From the NCBI GenBank assembly GCA_030141605.1, contig JAQGDQ010000112.1:549225-613224 (forward strand): 64,000 bases of DNA, given 5' to 3'. Below the pieces are notes generated by a model. That model did not search any database. It was not told the origin of the DNA and saw nothing but the letters and a program-made list of their open reading frames with translations. Below are positions 54,177 to 64,000 of this stretch, one piece after another. The DNA comes from Tubiluchus corallicola (taxonomy: Eukaryota > Animalia > Priapulida). Every line of letters starts with the position of its first letter. Within the stretch, counting starts at the first letter, position 1. Made by a program: the position numbers and the translations under genes.

Positions 54177-54474
54177 CAGGGCCGGCCTTAGGTAATTGGA
54201 GGCCCTAGGCGAAGTGAATTTGGTGGCCCCAAATGAAATAGAAAAATAAAAAATAAGTACGAAAAAAAAATTACGCAATTTACGAGAGAGGGAGAGAGAG
54301 ATTGAGAGAGAAAGCGAGAGAGAGAAAGAGAGGGGAGGGAAGGAGAGAGAGGAGAAAGAGAGAGGAGGCAGTATGTTCGCACAAAGCAAAAAAATGTTAC
54401 CCCTACGTTAGGCCCCCCTGGAGGGTGAGGCCCTAGGCGGTTGCCTAGTTTGCCTATGCTTAAGGTCGGCCCTG
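54177..54474. mobile_element. CAGGGCCGG-type (hAT-like) MITE with internal GA-rich tract
   Basis: TIR cagggccggcctta / taaggtcggccctg; flanks atggacg / atggaca; internal ggccctaggcg repeats. Confidence 0.85.
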
Positions 54475-55748
54475 ATGGACATTGTTGTCTTGTGTACTAC
54501 TTATTGTATTAACTTTTTTCAACCAACTTGCAATTGTGCTAAAATCAGGTGTACAGAGTTTTTACTCACTCTCATATGATTTGTTGCATTTTTTGGCTCC
54601 GATGTTGTATGCTTTGGTACTGCATATTGTATCAGTTCCTTCCAATATGAACAGGACGTGTAGGTATTATCAATATTAGTCTTGATATTTGTTTCAATAT
54701 TTTTGTCTGTGAATAAATGTAAGTGCTTAAATTTCATGGTGTTGTTTCAGAATTTTTTCATAATTAGAGTAATTTTATAATAGCTGATTGGTTCAAATCG
54801 TAATCTTCTGATTATATTTCCCTTCCGAGATGCAAATGGCTTACAGCCAAAAATTAATTATTTTAAAACAAAAAAGCATTAAAAGCCTAAGTGAAATGTT
54901 AAATTTCTTTTGAGGTATTTCTGAGTTAATACGCTATGCATCTATTGAATGATAAGCAAGATAGTGTTCATAGCCCACTCAGTTACAATAATTCTGAAAG
55001 CTTAAAATAAAGTGTTAAAATTTGAGATACATTTCTTCATTAAAAAACAATGCCTTAATGGAAATTATCTATTATTATTATTATTGTTACTTACTATTTT
55101 ATTTATTTAAAGTAATTATTATAATACAATATACAAACATACAGCTTTCTTTCTGAAGAGATGATTTGATTTAAATAGGCTTACTCAAAGGATTTAAATT
55201 AAATTCTGTTATTATTAGTATAATATTAAAAAACTCAATGTATTACGATTACTAAGATTAATGTAAAAATTGTAATTGCTCTACATTACTTTTTCGTCCA
55301 TGACAGTTGAAAACTTTAATCTTTTGGGGTAACTAGTACTATTTGAAAAGTTATAAATTTACTAGACAATTTCTAATAAAGATAATTTTGAGACTCCATG
55401 ACATTGGATAGCACTTATAGTTTGTAATAATTCTCCTTTTTAGCTGAGCAACTTTATGATAATGACTATTTTTATTAAAACAACAACTTCATTAAAAAAT
55501 TACCCATAAGCATTGTACATGTTTATTGCATTAACATAATTTCATTCAGTGAGAGATGTAAATATAAACCAATTTCGTGCCGTTTTCCGTAACAGGTGGC
55601 GGCACGATCGTATGAAACAGCAAAATGTTTTGCTCGCCATTTTGAGTGTTGATGGTTTGCTGCTGTAAAATTAATCGGATTATATCGGGTGCTGACCACC
55701 AACATCAATCAATGACAGCTGTTTCGTGAAAGAGAAAACGTCTTAAAT

Positions 55749-58753
<3,005 letters not shown>

Positions 58754-60805
58754 TAAAAAAGACAAAATTTTATATACATGTTTAATTGTTTATGCTGTAA
58801 TGAGCTTACTGCTTACCATAATGATAAAGTAAAGCACTGTAGGATTGGTCGTATATCAATACACTTATCACGCATATATAGTGGAGATTCATTGTGTCAT
58901 TCATGAATAGATATTTACAAAAGCATGCTTTGCCTCCAATCATACTCATAAGTATTAATATGGGTCACCTCTCGTGCATAAATATGTGCCTAGTGCATTT
59001 TTGTAGCTGTCGACCATTTGTAGTCTTCCGTATGGAATTCTGTAATTTCTGTAGATGAAAAATGTTCACGATGTAGAGAGATTACACCTAATAAAATTGG
59101 TTTGTCAATTTGTTTGGGCAGTGAACTAGTTTTTCGGTTTTACTGTCACTTGTAAGTAACATTACAATGCCAGAATTCAGAAGTCGATACGCCGACGGGA
59201 TGCAAACCTGGTAAAACGGACTTTTCAATGCAAGATTTATTGAAATTAGCTAAGTTATAGACAGCTAAAACTAGTTAGTGAATTTTGTTACAGTGAGTAT
59301 GCAAAATTGTCATAATTTGTGACGATAGATGACGCACTTTTTTTTGTTAGCACTGTCTTGATTGGTTATAATTAATTGAAGAGGTGAATATTCAGCATTG
59401 CAATACGTGATTACTGCCTTTTTTAACTTAAGTATTGTGCTTCTTCTAGACTGTTGAAGTCTGCAAAATGAAAGGGTAGTAGGGTAGTACTTATCTCAAA
59501 TTTGTGGCGCCAAGTTTAGGTTGTTGAGACAGTTTGTCATGGAATACATGTTGGTCTGTGCATTGGGAACTCTAGCTGAAGTTCCTTTACAAATGTTTGA
59601 ATTTTCTTACTTTCTCCAGTCTAGTTTTACCCTTCACATTTGAAAAGTTAAATTTACAAATGTGGTAACGTCTTAGATAATAGTAGTTTTGAACAGGTGA
59701 CACTATTTGGAATTTGGTATTTACAGCTCAAAGAGCTGCTTGGATTGTTGACAAAATTAGGCTGGAAGTCACAAATTAAGTTAGATACTCGAATGGTATT
59801 CTTAAACAAAGTCTCCCTGTTACGTACATTTCAACTGTCAGTTTGTCGGCAGACTAGTTTAAACCTAGAAAAAATAAGTAAAAATGGAACACAATTTGTG
59901 TTTACTGCATTAGTGGTAAGACTTTGACATTACACAATTGAAGACAAATTAGTGATTATCACTCTCTAGCATCCTCCGTTTATTTTCGGAGGAGAAATTA
60001 GATGAGCGTGGAAATTTAAGAAAGATTGAGTTCATCAAGAAAAACTCAGAAATGTGACATTTAAATAGAGCGGATTTTTGTAGATAGTCTTGATCACTGT
60101 GAATGCTTGGCCCGAGTATTGTCTTGGTTGTCCCTGAAGCCTAGTGTAATGGCATCTAGACATAAAAACATCCACAAGTGCGTATTTTAAAAGCTAGTGC
60201 ATTTATGTGGAAAAACATGTCTGTTCAATTCAGTTCTAAAATTTTGTCGATTTAATTCAAGATGTTTTCCAGTGTTACAGTCACGAATTACATCATATCA
60301 GTTGTCTTTGACAGTTGTGCATGACGGTGTAACCAGATCAAACTGAAGTAAACGGCAGTTACAGCGAGAACAGTCACTTTCTGTTTTAAATTGTTTTCTA
60401 GGACATGGCTAATAGGCATTGCATTTGTCGTGTAATTCATCGGGAGTGCTCGAACGTACCGTTCAATCGTGTTTCCAATAATTTCTTCGTGATGTGGATG
60501 CTGGCTTGCTCATTACACATTATTAGTTTAGCTTGCTCGTTATCAGGCTCCATAAAGCACATTTGACTTATTTTCCTATAATGCCTACTCGACCGTTGAT
60601 TAGATTTGTGGCTGGCTTGAGACAGTGGACAGTTCAGTTGACTACAGAGTGGCTATTCGAAGCTGGAACCAAAATTCTGTTGGAGCATAAGCTAGAAAAT
60701 TCCTTTGTTTTATTGTGTATTGTATTGATTTTTCGTACAGAAATCAGTGGTCTAGTTATTTCTTGATTTTAGTGCTTTGCTAATTAATTTAATATCAGCT
60801 TAAGG

Positions 60806-61745
60806 CACTCCATTACCCATTTTCCAAAACCTGAAGGAATTTTTTGGCCCAGACATCATGCACTCATCTAGCATCCAGTTGTTCACAGTGGCTGGCATAT
60901 AAACAACTTTGACGTAAAAGGGATATTAGAGGCACGCATAACTTTTGAGCTTAAATAATAGATTTAGGTTATGAACGATTTTTTGCTTGCAATGCTAAGT
61001 TAACAAATGAGTAGTTAAGTGTGTATGGGTTGTGTGAATGGCCCTCGTGACTACATGCATGGCTAAGACGCCTCTGCTAGTTCAATGGCTCATGTTAATG
61101 GGATATTCTTGGTAATGAGTAACACTTCAATCATGCCATGAATGTTATGTTGAGTAGGCCCTGAACTGTGGCCTGCAGTGTATTAAAAACCATAAGAAAA
61201 TGACTTGGTTCATCCAGGGCTATTGTTCTCATTTATGCAGAAAAAGGCAACACCTGCATAATACTGCTGCAGCTAAGCAAACCTACCTTTGCCCATGTTT
61301 ACATGAAAGGTGTGAGATGCTGCACAAAACGGATATCATCTCATTGATCTCATCTTGTCATCTCAATTTCAGCTGCTGACCTTCTGACTGGTCAGTTCTC
61401 CACGCTGCATTTCCCTTATAAATTAAGTTTTTCGACAAAACCATTGCATCTTGGCCAATAGGGGTAAATTAGTATTATTTAAAAAAATGGAGAAATTACA
61501 CTGTTCGTGTTTTTGCAACCTTCAGGAGTAAATATTTTCAGATAGGTAGTACAATCCAGTAATTTAGTACAACTTAAATTAGGTGAGACTTGACACGCCG
61601 GAGCATGTTTGGCTTTTACGAAAATCTGTTTACCAACATACGTCAAAGTTGTTTATATGTCAGCCAGTGTGAACAACTGGACGGTAGATGCGTGATGTCT
61701 GGGCCAAAAAATTCCTTCAAGTTTTAGAAAATGGGTAATGGAGTG
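60806..61745. mobile_element. DNA transposon with ~110-bp TIRs (left end ttaa-gg, Kolobok-like)
   Basis: 60806-60916 cactccattacccattttccaaaacctgaaggaattttttggcccagacatc...aacaactttgacgta is the near reverse complement of 61639-61745. Confidence 0.8.
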
Positions 61746-62508
61746 ATGCTGTGCTAGTGTTAGCTTTCAGAACTTCACTCTGTTTTCAATTGAACAATAT
61801 GCTTAAAATGAGACTGGTTGAAGATGGGTTTTTAAACTTTTTCGTGTGGAAAGTACAAGAGTGTCCAGTACTGTTGAATGATTGTGGTAGTACTAGAATC
61901 TAGTTAGGTAGAGAATAGTTGCCTAAGATAATAGACTAAGCAGGTACAGGTCTTACAGCCATTTTTATTGTACATATCCTTCTTTAACAACAAACTGTGC
62001 AAATATATTTTGCGGAACTTAATATCTAGTAGAATGGAATCATATCGAAAAATTTCTGAAATTCGTTTCAGTAATTTTTTTGCAAAACAGATACAATACG
62101 TTTTACTTTACACATAAAGTCGCGTGTAAAGTAAAAAGAAATGTATGGAAAAGATGGAGTGCCGTAAATTTTTCTTCCCCAGCTGCGTCCTGTCACATAT
62201 TTGCAGATAGCCGCTTGAGGATAAACTCACGCTGATTAAATTATTGGCTGAGACGGGTAATCCCCATATCCCTATTGAGCAATTTGTTGCTGATGCTGTG
62301 CGCACCGTACATCACCTGTATTTACACTACAGTTTTCATCATCCTCGATGTTTTGTTTTGGTCAGAAATAGCAGCAGCTTATGAACTAGTTTCCTTCCGG
62401 CATAGCGAAGAGTAAAAGAAACGTGGCCTGATTATCTGTAAACCACCCCAAACAACACCCAGCTTTCAGACGGCTCAAATTTCACTAAATGCTATAAACA
62501 CTCTGATG

Positions 62509-62720
<212 letters not shown>

Positions 62721-64000
62721 CATCTTTTCGGTCTCTTTGCATTATGTTGCTCTGTCAGTCCCATTCTGTCTTTCTCGCTCTGCTTCTTTTCGCCACTTCC
62801 ACTAACCACCTGTATGGCTTCACTCTGCACTGTGTCGGAAATTCGAACAAAGAGACGAACTTTCTCGGAATCGTGTCGTAAACCGTAATTAAAATTCTTG
62901 GTCGAATTTATTGTGCCTGCTCAAGTCACACTCTGCCACGCAATGCCAGTAATGCCTGCTTCATAATGCATGCTAGTCATTTGTAATCTGATGCTGTAAA
63001 TAGGCGCTTTGAGGTGCACATCATGACAGTAGTTAAATGATTCACTATATCCGTCTCCAGGGATGTAAGCAAGTAGTTCTTAGAATAAACATGTGCAGTA
63101 GACAATCTAGCTAAAATGAGATAATAAAAAGATTCACAATTTATTAACTGAACTAACGTTGTGCTTTTCTAGAAATGTTCTACACGTGCAGTATGTTTTA
63201 CAGCAGCAGCCTCGGTCATTTAGACACGTTCCTGAAGACGTTTAAAAGAGTTTTAAAGAAAAACGTTGGCAGATCTTAAAGAACATATCAAAGGACTTTC
63301 TGAACGAAGCTGTATTGCCATCTTTGAAACTTATGACTAATTAAACAGAAGAGAAAATTTCTAAGTAATCTAAATACCTCAAAAACCGGTCCAGTCATAT
63401 TCACCCGTAGGATGTGACCCAGTGTGTGAAGTTGAATTTTTGCACAGACATTTGGGCGGCAATTTTGAATTTAAAGCCGATAACAATAAGATGCACAGTA
63501 ATGTTCATAGTGTGAACATATGAAAGATTTCGAAGCGAGCTTTTTGAGCAGTTTGTAAGAAATATGCTGATCTTATTATTTAAGCAACGTAACTTTTGAA
63601 GTTTTGCAATACAGCAAGAAACCATATGCTGGCGTAGATTGACACATGATTCACTTCAAATGATGGCAACTAATGATTTTTGTGATCATAAGTTATGACT
63701 GATCATGAGACGAACTTCATTAGATATTTTTGTTTGGCCTCTCTATCACAGATTCTCAAATTGCAGGGCCCAGTTACTGTTTCACAACTGCATGTGTTGC
63801 AGCCTGATGTTGGTAATTTCAGAGAATAGTGATGCATCAATAATTATAGATTCTTCACTCTGTATCTTTGTCTGTTTAATAGAGGAGCTTGTTTATACCT
63901 CTTATCTTTTTCACGTGACTATAGTTCAGCAACAGCAAACTGTTGATAACTATTTTGGTTGGATAATCTTTGTAGATTCTTAAGAGAATTCTAGTTTTCA

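Noticed and set aside
54078-54389. 103-aa and 64-aa minus-strand ORFs
   Set aside because: Derived from the GA-rich interior of a MITE.

Overview
AT-rich, intron-rich animal (invertebrate-like) genomic DNA, not prokaryotic. Most ORFs in the six-frame track are noise. Four conserved genes lie head-to-tail on the + strand. (1) The last two exons of a LIN54/tesmin (Mip120) CRC-domain gene. (2) A complete JNK MAP kinase gene: 10 firm coding exons at 19813-41141 plus a probable 13-nt first coding exon at 8140-8152, with a U12-type minor intron at 36501-37127. (3) A complete 147-aa UBE2D/Ubc4-5 E2 gene in 6 exons. (4) The first three exons of calcineurin A (PPP3C). Introns hold many MITEs, tRNA-derived SINEs, a CR1 fragment and local tandem duplications. 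Three observations stand out. The apparent JNK promoter and first coding exon sit inside a 733-bp segment bounded by perfect 33-bp inverted repeats and a perfect 9-bp target-site duplication. The JNK stop codon is followed by the CUAG readthrough motif and two hairpins. The LIN54 C-terminus and stop codon are part of a 45-bp in-frame tandem array. All calls were made by eye, without database searches.
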